Source: a virus
IMG/VR virus record: IMGVR_UViG_3300018080_005856
Coordinates: 64,001 to 128,000 of that record
Strand: one strand, 5' to 3'
DNA: 64,000 nt
Shown here: piece by piece, positions 10,116 to 20,286 of the stretch
Numbering within the stretch: the stretch's first letter is position 1
How the letters are laid out: each line of letters starts with the position of its first letter
Position numbers and translations under genes: made by a program
Notes under the pieces: generated by a model
Told to the model about the DNA's origin: nothing
What the model saw: the letters and a program-made list of their open reading frames with translations, nothing else
Databases searched by the model: none

Positions 10116-10529
10116 ATGGCAAAACTCACTACAAAGAAGAGGAAAAGACTACCAGATTCAGCATTCTGCGGCCCAAATCGCTCGTTCCCGGCTCATGATT
10201 GCAGCCATGTAAAGGCTGGCCTATCACTGTTGGGAAGGTATAAGGGCCCCGGGAGTAAGGCAAGCATACGAGCATGCCTTTACAGAAAGGCGAAGAAGAT
10301 GAACTGCTTCAAGTCTGATTCAATAGCTATGGCAGAAACTAGTGTCCTCATAGAGCTTGTAAAGATGTATGAGGATGATGCAATAGGATTTGCTGACATA
10401 GCATCCTTGGTATCGGAAATGTGCAATGGTAAAGTACTACCTAAAGATATGTCCAACATATTGGTTATGATGGAGAAGGGATATGTCGAAAGGGGTTTTT
10501 CCTTATTGAATAAGCTTTTGGCGGGATAA
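10116..10529 (+). CDS. Small head-associated protein (DUF6582-like N-terminus)
   Basis: LTTKKRKRLPDSAFCGPNRSFPAHDCSHV resembles a domain often found beside or fused to prohead proteases of large phages. Confidence 0.55.
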   Translation: MAKLTTKKRKRLPDSAFCGPNRSFPAHDCSHVKAGLSLLGRYKGPGSKASIRACLYRKAKKMNCFKSDSIAMAETSVLIELVKMYEDDAIGFADIASLVSEMCNGKVLPKDMSNILVMMEKGYVERGFSLLNKLLAG

Positions 10530-10550
10530 TAGGCTTCTGCAGTAATCCCG

Positions 10551-10580
10551 TTGTACACTATCACATAGATAGTATAAAAT
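10551..10580 (+). promoter_or_regulatory. Promoter candidate for the protease-capsid operon
   Basis: TTGTAC-18 nt-TAAAAT in the intergenic gap, followed by a GAGG RBS. Confidence 0.4.
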
Positions 10581-10605
10581 ATAACTTTACTAATGAGGTA
10601 TTATT

Positions 10606-12069
10606 ATGCGCCTGAGTATATTCAATTATGGTTTGGATCCTAACGCTACAGTCCCAAGGGCGGCCAAAGCCGAGGATGACAAACTAGTATCCCTGGCTGA
10701 AGAAGTCATAGAGAAACATAACTTTGGTAAAGGTGCTGTAGTAGTATCAGAAGCATTTCATACCGGATTACCTAACTTCAACAAGAGAATTTACATGGAG
10801 AAGGGTATGAAAGAGGCAGTAAGCACCTTTTATACTCCCCATATCACTCCATTTCTCATGCATCATGAGATGGGAGGTGGTAGTTTTCTTTCTGATGGTA
10901 ATCCTACTCTGATATCTGTAGGTTCAAACTTGTTTGCGGCTTACTATAGGAAGAAAACCGAGACGGCCACTGGACTAGCTTCTGGGTATGGAAAGGTAGC
11001 CACCTTTGTACCAGAAACTTCCAAAGTTGGCGAACAGAGTGCTATAGACGCACTACAATCTCGGAGACTTCTCACTGTTTCTATAGGTGCAAAAGTAAAC
11101 GACAGTGATTATAGATGTTCCATATGTGGCCTATCCAGGTATGATAGCGAGTGTGCTCATACACTTGGAGAAGAGTACGATAGTGAGATATGCTACGCGG
11201 AAGTGTATAACCCGTTGTTTAGAGAGTACTCTGTCGTGTATAATCCATCTGACATCAACGCTATTATACGAAGAGTTGATGTTATGGAAGGCGAAGATAA
11301 GAATGATCAGAGGCAAGAAATAGACCAGAATCCTGCTATGGGATATATAAATATCTACGATAGTGTAGGAAAGAGGTTTTACCCATCTGCTTCTACAAGT
11401 ACAAAAGAAGGTGGTGATACGATGAGTGATACTAAACCCACGGCATCCGAGATTGATAAGCTTTTGGTACAATATCAAGAGACAATAAAGGCAAAGGATG
11501 CTATTATAGCAGACAAGGACCTTGTTATTTCCGCTCTAGCAAGGGCTTTAAGTGACAAACTGAGTGCGGAAGTTTCTATTCCCGATGAAGACATAATTCC
11601 TGAATCAGATGACACTGATGAAACGGATCCCGGGGATGAAGAGGAAACTACCGATGATGGTGAGCCTGAAGGAGACGAGACTCCTGAAGAGGAGCCAGCA
11701 GACGAGGAACCAGCGGGGGAAAGTGACGATCCTCCTGAAGGAGAAACCGATTCTGATGGTAGTGATACAGATGAGACTGGTAATAGAGCCGATGGCTCTC
11801 CAGATAACGGCCAGCCTGGTGAGAGCTCAAGTGCGGGTGTAGCTACTGATACGGCTGAAGAGTCGGATCAGGCCGGACAAACTCAAGAGGCAGCTCCTCA
11901 ATCAGAAACACCTGATGAGGGCGACGGCAGTACAGATACTAAGGCACCTAGTGTCAAGAGTGTCAGGGAAATGCTGTTAAGTGGGCGCTTTTCGAGGCAA
12001 CTTCCACCGACCAGCAGACCCAAGGGACTCCCTAGGAGACCCATAACGGTTGCCAAAGCAGCCGAATAA
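10606..12069 (+). CDS. Prohead maturation protease with C-terminal scaffold region
   Basis: Motifs HTGLPNFN, PFLMHH, LTVSIG, CSICG..CAH..C and FREYSVVYNPSD, then a coiled coil and a long D/E-rich tail. Located upstream of the capsid genes. Confidence 0.8.
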   Translation: MRLSIFNYGLDPNATVPRAAKAEDDKLVSLAEEVIEKHNFGKGAVVVSEAFHTGLPNFNKRIYMEKGMKEAVSTFYTPHITPFLMHHEMGGGSFLSDGNPTLISVGSNLFAAYYRKKTETATGLASGYGKVATFVPETSKVGEQSAIDALQSRRLLTVSIGAKVNDSDYRCSICGLSRYDSECAHTLGEEYDSEICYAEVYNPLFREYSVVYNPSDINAIIRRVDVMEGEDKNDQRQEIDQNPAMGYINIYDSVGKRFYPSASTSTKEGGDTMSDTKPTASEIDKLLVQYQETIKAKDAIIADKDLVISALARALSDKLSAEVSIPDEDIIPESDDTDETDPGDEEETTDDGEPEGDETPEEEPADEEPAGESDDPPEGETDSDGSDTDETGNRADGSPDNGQPGESSSAGVATDTAEESDQAGQTQEAAPQSETPDEGDGSTDTKAPSVKSVREMLLSGRFSRQLPPTSRPKGLPRRPITVAKAAE

Positions 12070-12092
12070 ACCAATAAAGTCGAGGTGAAGAC

Positions 12093-13208
12093 ATGAGTTC
12101 AGATCTCTTCTACAATCCGACTGGTAGCGACTTTACCGGCAAGCTTCCTATGAAGACTGTCAGTAAGCTTGCATACCTTGACAGTATTGAAGACCTTTAC
12201 AGATACAATGGAGAAGTATCAGTAGGTGCATATTATCCTGTTAGGGTTCTCCCCTCGGTGTCTATTGATTTAGATGCTGAGTGGCCGGTAGTTATGCCTG
12301 CGGGAACAATCGTAAGCGTTGTTCCTATAAAGGATGCTCTAGGTTATACAGCGGATGATAATGAGTCTGGTATTCGTCAGAGCGGCACAGTTTATGTATC
12401 CATAAGTGCAATCGACAGCACAGCTTTGGAAAAGAATATTAATTTCCTCTATACCAAAGAAGTGGCTGGGTTGCTGGTGCCAGCAAATGGCGGAACTCAG
12501 ACGAACGACGCATACACTGACGATTGCGGGACATATGGTATTCTCACAATGTCTGGGACTGTTGCTGAAGCTGGTGATACGTTCACCAGAGCGGCAAACT
12601 ATCCAATAGGCATTGTCAACAACTCAGTGTACGCAGACATGAGGTACAGGTACCTCAACTATGACGCTAGGCAAGGAAGTAACAGTCAGGCTGTTGCTCT
12701 GGACGGCGTTATCACAATTCCATATATCACAATATATGGTGCTGGTGTTACAGACACAGTTCTCGCGGCCGTAAGAACAGCTGTTGATGCAAAACATCAA
12801 TATGCATGGTTCACTGGTGCAGATGCTGACACTGTAAATGCCTACATCAAACCTGGTTGCTTCTTGATGCCAGACATCAAGGGTAAGTTCACCAACTATG
12901 ATTCGGTTGATGAACACCAGAAGTTTGCAAAGATAATCGAGACCAAACACAGGGTCCCATGGGCTCTTGATGAGTTGATAGACTCGATTCCTAATTCTGG
13001 CATGAAGGGTACAGATACTGGCGGTCTTAAAGCCAGGATGTATCATTTCATCAAACAGATCCTGACTCAAACAGCAGTCAAGGGTGCCACTTATGCGGCT
13101 GTAAAGGCCAACCAAAAGAGCATTCTCCATACTGCTGTACTAACTGACACCGCCAACGTCACGATTGCCATAGGCATGATGGATGTTGCGTTCGGTAGCT
13201 TGAAATAA
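12093..13208 (+). CDS. Capsid decoration / minor head protein
   Basis: 371 aa, between protease and MCP, with a GAGGTGA RBS. VVMPAGTIVSV, LVPANGG and PIGIV are typical of such pre-MCP proteins. Confidence 0.6.
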   Translation: MSSDLFYNPTGSDFTGKLPMKTVSKLAYLDSIEDLYRYNGEVSVGAYYPVRVLPSVSIDLDAEWPVVMPAGTIVSVVPIKDALGYTADDNESGIRQSGTVYVSISAIDSTALEKNINFLYTKEVAGLLVPANGGTQTNDAYTDDCGTYGILTMSGTVAEAGDTFTRAANYPIGIVNNSVYADMRYRYLNYDARQGSNSQAVALDGVITIPYITIYGAGVTDTVLAAVRTAVDAKHQYAWFTGADADTVNAYIKPGCFLMPDIKGKFTNYDSVDEHQKFAKIIETKHRVPWALDELIDSIPNSGMKGTDTGGLKARMYHFIKQILTQTAVKGATYAAVKANQKSILHTAVLTDTANVTIAIGMMDVAFGSLK

Positions 13209-13232
13209 GAGAGATAAGGGGGTAATCATACA

Positions 13233-14687
13233 ATGAGAAACGTAAAGGCTAACAGCCCATTGCGCCACGTCGAATCCTATGATCCGAACAAATCTCTCGA
13301 GAGAGCGGAAGCCAGTCTTGAAAAGGAAGGGTATTGTGTTAAAGACGAAAACGGCGAATACACCGACGAGTTCGTCCGCAGCGTTACAGAACGTGACGCA
13401 GCTGACATAAACGAGATCCTTAACGCTTTCGCTACAGGCAAGCTAGCCGGAGAGAATGTGACGCTCAAAGAGATCATGACCTCTGTGGATTTCCCGCAGC
13501 TGTTCTATGCAGCTACAGAAATCCTTATGAAGAGCAGGATAGTCCCGGATAGACTTATATCCAGGAACCTTTTCGAAACAATTCCCTACGCAGGTAACGC
13601 GATCAACGTAACGATCAGGACCCTGGGTGGAGTAGAAGTTGAGGAAGTTCCGGAAGGATCTAAGTATCCCGAAACCTCTAGTGCTGTTTCTGACCAGGCA
13701 TTCAGGATCTACCTGGAAATCAAGAAATATGGTGCTAAGGTAGCAGGAACAAGGGAACTCCTTGAGTCTGACAACTGGGGAATATTCGCCTACACAGTGA
13801 AATCCCTGGCAGATGAGCTCCTTAACAAGAAAGAGGCCCTCTGTGTTAAGATGCTGAATGAAATGGCAGGGCATACCCTTAAAGACAATGCAGACGCTGC
13901 AAATGTCCAGCTGGGTTCCTGTACAGGCCGCGGCATTGACGGTGCCCAAAATGGCGCCCTCGGTTTAGATGACATCATGGAAATCCTGGCATGGATGGAA
14001 ATGAGGGGGTATATGATAGACACTATCATGATACACCCATTCGCATGGGCTCTATGGGCTCGTGATACCGAGATCAGGGAAGTCATGATGGGTAATGGTG
14101 TAACCTACATTCCTCAGGGTGGACCAGCTCCTGGCTGGGATCCAATGCCATGGGGTTCGCTAGGTCAGCCATGGAGTAAGTACGGTGGAGCTGGAACACA
14201 GTCCCTTACGCCTGCAGCAGCTAATGCAGCCGGCGCTTCGAGCTGGAACGCTCCTGATTCACTGTATGGCAAGCTCGGTATAGGCACAGGTTATGCATGG
14301 CCTAACCTGACTCCTTTCGGAGCTACATACTACACTACTCCAAAACACGTTGATCGTCCTTTCAAGATCCTTGTTACTCCTCTGGTGCCTTACTACCAGA
14401 TATCAGGAGGAAGCAAGGCCGGTAAATATGCGTGCAATATCGTGTTTGCTGACTCGAGAAAGTGCGGTCTTATACTGCAGAAAGAGAATCCAACCATGGA
14501 ACAGTGGGCAGATATAGAGAGAGAAATCAACTATATCAAGATCCGCGAGAGATATGGTATGGCCCTCCAGGAGCAGGGTAGAGCCGTAGCGGTTGCAAGG
14601 AATGTTGTTATTGACAGGACCTATGCTTTTGACAATGTCAACAGCCAGACTCTGTCAGCACTAACGACAACCACCAACCTGGTGTAA
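13233..14687 (+). CDS. Major capsid protein (HK97-like fold)
   Basis: Motifs VEEVPEGSKYPE, KKYGAKVAGTRELLESDNW, IMIHPFAW and YIKIRERYG; followed by a terminator. Confidence 0.9.
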   Translation: MRNVKANSPLRHVESYDPNKSLERAEASLEKEGYCVKDENGEYTDEFVRSVTERDAADINEILNAFATGKLAGENVTLKEIMTSVDFPQLFYAATEILMKSRIVPDRLISRNLFETIPYAGNAINVTIRTLGGVEVEEVPEGSKYPETSSAVSDQAFRIYLEIKKYGAKVAGTRELLESDNWGIFAYTVKSLADELLNKKEALCVKMLNEMAGHTLKDNADAANVQLGSCTGRGIDGAQNGALGLDDIMEILAWMEMRGYMIDTIMIHPFAWALWARDTEIREVMMGNGVTYIPQGGPAPGWDPMPWGSLGQPWSKYGGAGTQSLTPAAANAAGASSWNAPDSLYGKLGIGTGYAWPNLTPFGATYYTTPKHVDRPFKILVTPLVPYYQISGGSKAGKYACNIVFADSRKCGLILQKENPTMEQWADIEREINYIKIRERYGMALQEQGRAVAVARNVVIDRTYAFDNVNSQTLSALTTTTNLV

Positions 14688-14720
14688 GATAATAAAGATC
14701 AGAAGATCTTGATTATAACG

Positions 14721-14755
14721 GAAGCCGACCCCTTAATTGGGGCCGGCTTTCTTGT
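14721..14755 (+). terminator. Intrinsic terminator after the MCP gene
   Basis: Hairpin AAGCCGACCCC-TTAATT-GGGGCCGGCTT (one mismatch) followed by TCTTGT. Confidence 0.75.
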
Positions 14756-14781
14756 ATCTAATACGGTATTTATGGTAGAAT
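14752..14781 (+). promoter_or_regulatory. Promoter candidate for the neck/tail operon
   Basis: TTGTAT-18 nt-TAGAAT with a TG extension, then an AGGAGG RBS before 14817. Confidence 0.5.
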
Positions 14782-14816
14782 ATCTCAGACTAACACACTA
14801 TAGGAGGACTTGAAAC

Positions 14817-15299
14817 ATGGGAACAGGTAATCAACAAGCTTTAAAGCCGGCTATACCAGCCGAGGAAGTAACCCCAGATGTAGTAAGAGATGGAGTTACT
14901 ATAGCTCTGGGAAACAGGGATGTCTTTTGGAAAACTGACTCAGGTAGCGTGTCCCTGAACGCATTCACCGGTGACATATCTACCAAGGTTGCTGGAAGAG
15001 GCCTGTCTGATATGGATGTTATGGCTATAGTTAATGGTGTAAGATCTGGGAGAATAATGATAGTAGACAAATTGATAAAGGGCGATCCAGTGGATACTAC
15101 TCTTTTAACGTCTGAATATGCTCCCGGGGCCCGTAAACTGTTAGATTATAACGATGGAGAATTCAGGGAAGCAGTAGAAAGCAATTTCTCTATCAAACTT
15201 CTAAAAACAGCTCTATCACTTGAGAAGAGTGGAGCAAATCGGAAGGAAAGGATAAAACTACTGGGCGATAAGTTGCTCGAGATTATGGAAAGCAGATAA
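14817..15299 (+). CDS. Hypothetical head-completion region protein
   Basis: 160 aa with a strong AGGAGG RBS; TAATG-coupled to the next gene. Confidence 0.6.
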   Translation: MGTGNQQALKPAIPAEEVTPDVVRDGVTIALGNRDVFWKTDSGSVSLNAFTGDISTKVAGRGLSDMDVMAIVNGVRSGRIMIVDKLIKGDPVDTTLLTSEYAPGARKLLDYNDGEFREAVESNFSIKLLKTALSLEKSGANRKERIKLLGDKLLEIMESR

Positions 15300-16558
15300 T
15301 GGCAATAACCGTTGTAAGCACCACTCCGGCCTCAGGGTCAACAGAACAGTATATTGATTACAGTATCTTTGTACAGTTTAGTGCTGAAATAGAGTCGTCA
15401 TATCTAGACAGTACGTATTTCAAGATATATCGTACAAACGAGTCCCACACATCGTTCTATGAGCTAGTTGCAGTTACCGTGTCTAAAGATGGGGCCGTTG
15501 TAGAAATAGACCCTATGTCGAACCTGAGACCGTCAGAGTACTACACTCTGATTATAGTTGGGGGCACAGCGGGAATACAGTCTATAACTGGGGATACTCT
15601 GGGCTCTAACTCTGTTATCTACTGGAAAACAGCAGCTACGATATCCCCGGTTACTAGTACACCCGGGGTAATACCCGATGTAGTACTATATCAAGATGGG
15701 GATCGTACTGACGACGAATATGAGCCTTCTTCTGATGCATTCTCAGCTACCGGTTCCGGCGCCGCGATTTCTCTGGTATCTACTTTCCCTACCAATAAGA
15801 GTGTTGGAGTTACTACTCTAGATAATCTGATATTCCTGTATAACGACGATATAGCTTCGGATTTAACTGTACCAGTCAACATTCTGAAAGGCAGATATAA
15901 TGATCTACCTGTTGATATGGATCCGTTTGGGGATAGAAGTATTACAATAACTGGAGTAGTTTCGTACGATAACCAGGTTGTTTTCTCCATGTCCGGGATT
16001 GTTGATAGTGAGAACAAAGAGTACACTTTTACAATGGCTCCCGGTGTAATACGAGGAGAAACACGTGAAGGGGTGGATTCTAGAACTCATGAAATAAAGC
16101 TCATGGGCCCACTAGATCCTGTTTATGCTACTCCTGACCAAATATCCACCAGGGTTACGGGTTGGGACGCAGAGGTAGACACATCATTCACAGACTATGA
16201 CCTATGGAAACTTATCCTTGAAGCATCAACCTGGGTTAGGGATGTCTACGGTGCTACTATGACTGAAGACAATATGATCCAGGTGAACAAGCTTACCATT
16301 TGTCTGGTTCTTCTAGAAATGTTCATACGTGGATTCATCTTATCTGGAGGAGTCAGAGCCAGAACTCTTCTAGCTATCAGAGTGGATTATGAGCAAACGG
16401 ATTGGAATACGGTAGTAGATGAGCTAGAGAAATGTATAAGAGATTCTATGCCTGATGATGTTGCATCTGCCGGTGGAGTAGCTATAGGGATTAAATCCGG
16501 TGCCGGATTAAACAGTATAGCTGGCTTTAACACCAAGAGATATGGGATATACCGATAA
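15299..16558 (+). CDS. Ig-like (Big_5/SbsA-type) domains plus putative head-tail adaptor
   Basis: Two Ig-like starts (VVSTTPASG..IFVQFS..IDP..LRPSEYYTLII and LVSTFPTN), then a helical C-terminus (YATPDQI..DLWKLILEAS). Located after the MCP. Confidence 0.6.
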   Translation: MAITVVSTTPASGSTEQYIDYSIFVQFSAEIESSYLDSTYFKIYRTNESHTSFYELVAVTVSKDGAVVEIDPMSNLRPSEYYTLIIVGGTAGIQSITGDTLGSNSVIYWKTAATISPVTSTPGVIPDVVLYQDGDRTDDEYEPSSDAFSATGSGAAISLVSTFPTNKSVGVTTLDNLIFLYNDDIASDLTVPVNILKGRYNDLPVDMDPFGDRSITITGVVSYDNQVVFSMSGIVDSENKEYTFTMAPGVIRGETREGVDSRTHEIKLMGPLDPVYATPDQISTRVTGWDAEVDTSFTDYDLWKLILEASTWVRDVYGATMTEDNMIQVNKLTICLVLLEMFIRGFILSGGVRARTLLAIRVDYEQTDWNTVVDELEKCIRDSMPDDVASAGGVAIGIKSGAGLNSIAGFNTKRYGIYR

Positions 16559-17064
16559 TGCCTAGATGGATTAACATGAGGAGGCACGCCCGGGCCCTCA
16601 CCAGAGGGGATCGTATAACTGTTTCCCAGGGTAAGTGGATAGTTCTCAGACTCATGAGAATTGGCCATTATTCAGAATACTGGAATAATGATAGGCAAGA
16701 AGCTATCGGTGGGCCAAAATGGCTATACGATGATATTGTCTTGAGGGCAATTTCCAGGCCCGGTTCAGTACAGGCAGCGCTCCCGGGAATATCCCAGACA
16801 GCAGAAAACGTCATAGGGACTGCAGGTATAGAAGATGTCTCCCAGATGATATACGCTATAGAGATAACAGAGGATCTAGTAAGATATCCTATGGAGGGAG
16901 ACAGAATATATGAAATAACTGATTTTGCCAGCAGAACTAAACCTATTCCGCCACTGACTGCCACCAGTATGTACGAGGTACTCAATATGATACCGGATAT
17001 AGGAGACCATGGTAGAGTAGAAATCCTGTATCTTCATACCATAAGGAGAGCAGGGGAGTCATAG
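16558..17064 (+). CDS. Putative neck / head-closure protein
   Basis: 168 aa, beta-rich, with PMEGDRIYE; lies between adaptor and sheath genes. Confidence 0.5.
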   Translation: MPRWINMRRHARALTRGDRITVSQGKWIVLRLMRIGHYSEYWNNDRQEAIGGPKWLYDDIVLRAISRPGSVQAALPGISQTAENVIGTAGIEDVSQMIYAIEITEDLVRYPMEGDRIYEITDFASRTKPIPPLTATSMYEVLNMIPDIGDHGRVEILYLHTIRRAGES

Positions 17065-17066
17065 AA

Positions 17067-17813
17067 ATGGCTATTAACTATTATGGAATTCCACAGAATC
17101 CTGCTTTTGATATGGATTCTTACCTAGAATTAAGGGACAAAGTAGAGGCATATAGACACCATATATGGACTTCTGATATCCTGGACCATCTAAGACTCCC
17201 AGGGCAAACAAGTATATGGGATCTTCTGATATATGTGGGAAAATGCCTAGAAGAATGGTTGGAAAACGTAGGCTATTCTGGTGAAAACATACTGTATTCG
17301 CCAGCCTATCCTGATATCATATATTCATTGCATGGGAGTTCTACTGCTACACAGGACTCTCCGCATAGAAAGGTTCAGCCCATCATAAGCTACATGGTGG
17401 AAAGAAGAGAGCCGGATTCCCAAGGTAAAAGCCCCTTCTCAGGAAAGGGTAAAATGTGGAAATTCAGGAACTGCGGAGAGTATAAGAGCCCTACAGGTGA
17501 AACTTATAGGGTAAGATACAAGTCCTGGGAAAGTCAAGTGAACTTTTCCTGTATACATAGGTCTGGGACAGAAGCGGAGGCATTGTGTATCGGATTTGAA
17601 CAGTTTATGGATCTGAACGAGAAGCACTTCCTGGAGGCTGGTATGAATAGAATGGTAGCCATGGGAAGATCTCCAGAACCAAACGTAGTTCTGCAGAATG
17701 CTGGAGTTCATTATCGTGAAACAAAGTTCTGGTTTAGAACACAGGAGTTCCAATTCGCTGGACCGTTTGCTAATATTACTGACGTCGATCTTGACGTCTC
17801 AGTTCAGACTTAA
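17067..17813 (+). CDS. Putative tail completion/terminator protein
   Basis: 248 aa immediately before the sheath gene; position-based call. Confidence 0.45.
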   Translation: MAINYYGIPQNPAFDMDSYLELRDKVEAYRHHIWTSDILDHLRLPGQTSIWDLLIYVGKCLEEWLENVGYSGENILYSPAYPDIIYSLHGSSTATQDSPHRKVQPIISYMVERREPDSQGKSPFSGKGKMWKFRNCGEYKSPTGETYRVRYKSWESQVNFSCIHRSGTEAEALCIGFEQFMDLNEKHFLEAGMNRMVAMGRSPEPNVVLQNAGVHYRETKFWFRTQEFQFAGPFANITDVDLDVSVQT

Positions 17814-17845
17814 GGGTCTGGACTATCTTCTCTGGGAGGTAAAAT

Positions 17846-20275
17846 ATGAGCCTTGAAGAATACAACGGTGTACGCTCAACGATCATAGATCAGAAGACTA
17901 ACCCTCCTGTTGGTAATGTATCCAGACAAAGTACATTCATCTTCGGGACGGCCAAGTCAGGCCCAAGACATACCCCTACTAGAGTAACCACAGATAGTGT
18001 CAGAAGTATATTCGGGGAGGTTCCCATAGACTCCAGTTTTGATACTTCTCTTGTACGTGGTTACTATGAGTACATACAGTCATGTAAGGGCACTCCTGAT
18101 GTTTCTTTGATCAGAGTTGGTACCACATCACCGGCCAGAATAGACCTATACGAGAATGTAACTACCCTATCTGGGGAGTTAAGCTATACTCTAGACGGAA
18201 GTACTCCATCTAAATCCATGTATATTCAAGCTTTGACCGAAGGGTCAGAGATGAATGCTACAACTGTGGAAGTCACAGAGGATGATACAACTGGATTACC
18301 TTCGTATATGGAAATAGAACTTCCGGACGGGACTGTAGCTGGCTATAATCTTTCTCCATCTTCCAGTGCGGCTGGAGTGGTTACACGTGTTTCAGAACTA
18401 TGCGCGTATATAAACTCCAATTCCTCATTGAATGAGTACATAGTAGCAGGGTTCACTGCTCTAGAAGAGACAATTGAACTCACTATTACAGCCGTTAGTG
18501 GAGAATTAACAAGAACATATGAGATAGAGCCCGATGCCCCGGCTGTTAACGAGTCATGGGGAGATAAACTCATAGCTGTAAAAGAAGCATATCAATCACA
18601 AACTATTTCAGGAGAAGTAGATGCTGGCGATATGACTGCAGAATTACCTGTTATTCCTGTAAAGAGTATGAACGAAGGAGTTCCGACAATAACGGACTTT
18701 ATAAGGTTCTCTACTCTTGAAACCGTTGTAACAGTAACGCCTGATCTTGTGGGTCAAACAAACTATGAGGCAGATCTGTACTGTGCATCAGTTACTGGAT
18801 GGGATAATAGCTACGACATTTCAGGAAACTCTGAGCATGGATGGAGCTTTAAGCTCTATGTTAAACGTTCAGGTTCCACTTCCAACACAGAACTTACCGT
18901 AGATACAGATTATACTATCGACTCTACGAATGGGGCGGTAACTATAATAGCTGCTCTTCAGGTAGGGGATGTGTATTATGCGACTTACCGGTATGAGGTT
19001 TCTTACTCTGAGGCCAAGAGGCGGTCAGAGTTAACTAGTGGATCGGCTAGGAGCTACTTCATTACTGGAGATGAGATCATATTTGGTGCGGCTCAGCCGG
19101 CCGATATGTTGGTATACTATACTACCAACGTATATATGGATTCATCTGATATAACTATCAACAGCTTTCTTGACCCTGTTATCACGTTCAACAATGCTGA
19201 TAATCTGCCGGAAGAAGGTGGTACGGTATACCTCACTATACAGTATGAGCCAGAACTACCGGCGGCCAGTGGGAAAGTATTGCCTGGTAGTGTAACACAG
19301 CCGGGTTCACTAAGTGGTGGATCAGATGGTCGTATCCTGAGCAAGAAAGACTACGAAGACGCTGTAGTAGATGCTCTTGTAGCAGTCGACCTTTACCCAA
19401 GGCGCCATAACGTAATTATGGGGTGTTACCTTGACGATACTGTATCAGGATACAACGCTGAAACAGGTCTTGCAGAGAATCAAGCTCTCAATATGTGGTC
19501 AACATTCTTGCCATATATAGATAGGGCATCTAATCTTACCAATGAGTGTGATATGGAGATTCCAGTTAGACCATGTGCAGACCTGACACAGGATAATGTA
19601 AACACCTGGATCGGTAAGCTGATAAACAACTCGGATACAGACCCAAATAGACCAGCTAATATCATAGACTCGGTCAACAACTTCCGTGCTGAAGCTCCTC
19701 TAGGGGTTCTCATTGTGACCATTCCAGAAGTAAACGGCGGTAGAAGGTACTTTGCTAACCCTGGCTGTATATATGCCGGCTACAAGCAAAATATGCCATA
19801 CGATAGGTCAGCTACCCATGACTTCCTTCCTGGTAATATTAAAGACCTTGGTGTCAAGATCTTTAACGCGGAGACAATAGGCAAGTTAAACCTGAAAAGG
19901 TATACAACTGCTATACTTGACTACGCGGGGAGATTCATATGGGCAGATGCTCCTACTCTCGGTATAAAGTACCGGTCCCAGTTTGACAGACAGTTTGTCA
20001 GGGATACCGTATACCTTGCGGTAGGTATGGCACGAGAAGTAGCTGAGAAGTACATTGGTAAACCAAGGCTACCTCAGTATATAATATCTATGAAGAAGGA
20101 TGTTTCGAAAGCTCTGGACATGCTAGTTCCGGATGTTCTCAACGACTTCTATGTAGATGTTGTACCAGTAGTTGATGGATACATCACTGGTAAGACTAAA
20201 CTGAGAATGATGCTGGTAACAGCTAAAGAAATCAGGACGGTCGAGATAGAGACTTCCGTCAGCTTGGTACAGTAA
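17846..20275 (+). CDS. Contractile tail sheath protein
   Basis: N-terminal FIFGTAKSGP..P, LSGGSDG, and C-terminal VRDTVYLAVGMAREVAEKYIGKP..EIRTVEIETSV. 809 aa including a beta-rich insertion. Confidence 0.85.
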   Translation: MSLEEYNGVRSTIIDQKTNPPVGNVSRQSTFIFGTAKSGPRHTPTRVTTDSVRSIFGEVPIDSSFDTSLVRGYYEYIQSCKGTPDVSLIRVGTTSPARIDLYENVTTLSGELSYTLDGSTPSKSMYIQALTEGSEMNATTVEVTEDDTTGLPSYMEIELPDGTVAGYNLSPSSSAAGVVTRVSELCAYINSNSSLNEYIVAGFTALEETIELTITAVSGELTRTYEIEPDAPAVNESWGDKLIAVKEAYQSQTISGEVDAGDMTAELPVIPVKSMNEGVPTITDFIRFSTLETVVTVTPDLVGQTNYEADLYCASVTGWDNSYDISGNSEHGWSFKLYVKRSGSTSNTELTVDTDYTIDSTNGAVTIIAALQVGDVYYATYRYEVSYSEAKRRSELTSGSARSYFITGDEIIFGAAQPADMLVYYTTNVYMDSSDITINSFLDPVITFNNADNLPEEGGTVYLTIQYEPELPAASGKVLPGSVTQPGSLSGGSDGRILSKKDYEDAVVDALVAVDLYPRRHNVIMGCYLDDTVSGYNAETGLAENQALNMWSTFLPYIDRASNLTNECDMEIPVRPCADLTQDNVNTWIGKLINNSDTDPNRPANIIDSVNNFRAEAPLGVLIVTIPEVNGGRRYFANPGCIYAGYKQNMPYDRSATHDFLPGNIKDLGVKIFNAETIGKLNLKRYTTAILDYAGRFIWADAPTLGIKYRSQFDRQFVRDTVYLAVGMAREVAEKYIGKPRLPQYIISMKKDVSKALDMLVPDVLNDFYVDVVPVVDGYITGKTKLRMMLVTAKEIRTVEIETSVSLVQ

Positions 20276-20286
20276 GGAGGTAATAA

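Noticed and set aside
11580-11940. Repetitive-looking GAT/GAA/GAG-rich DNA
   Set aside because: Explained by the acidic low-complexity scaffold linker; it is not a tandem repeat or CRISPR array.
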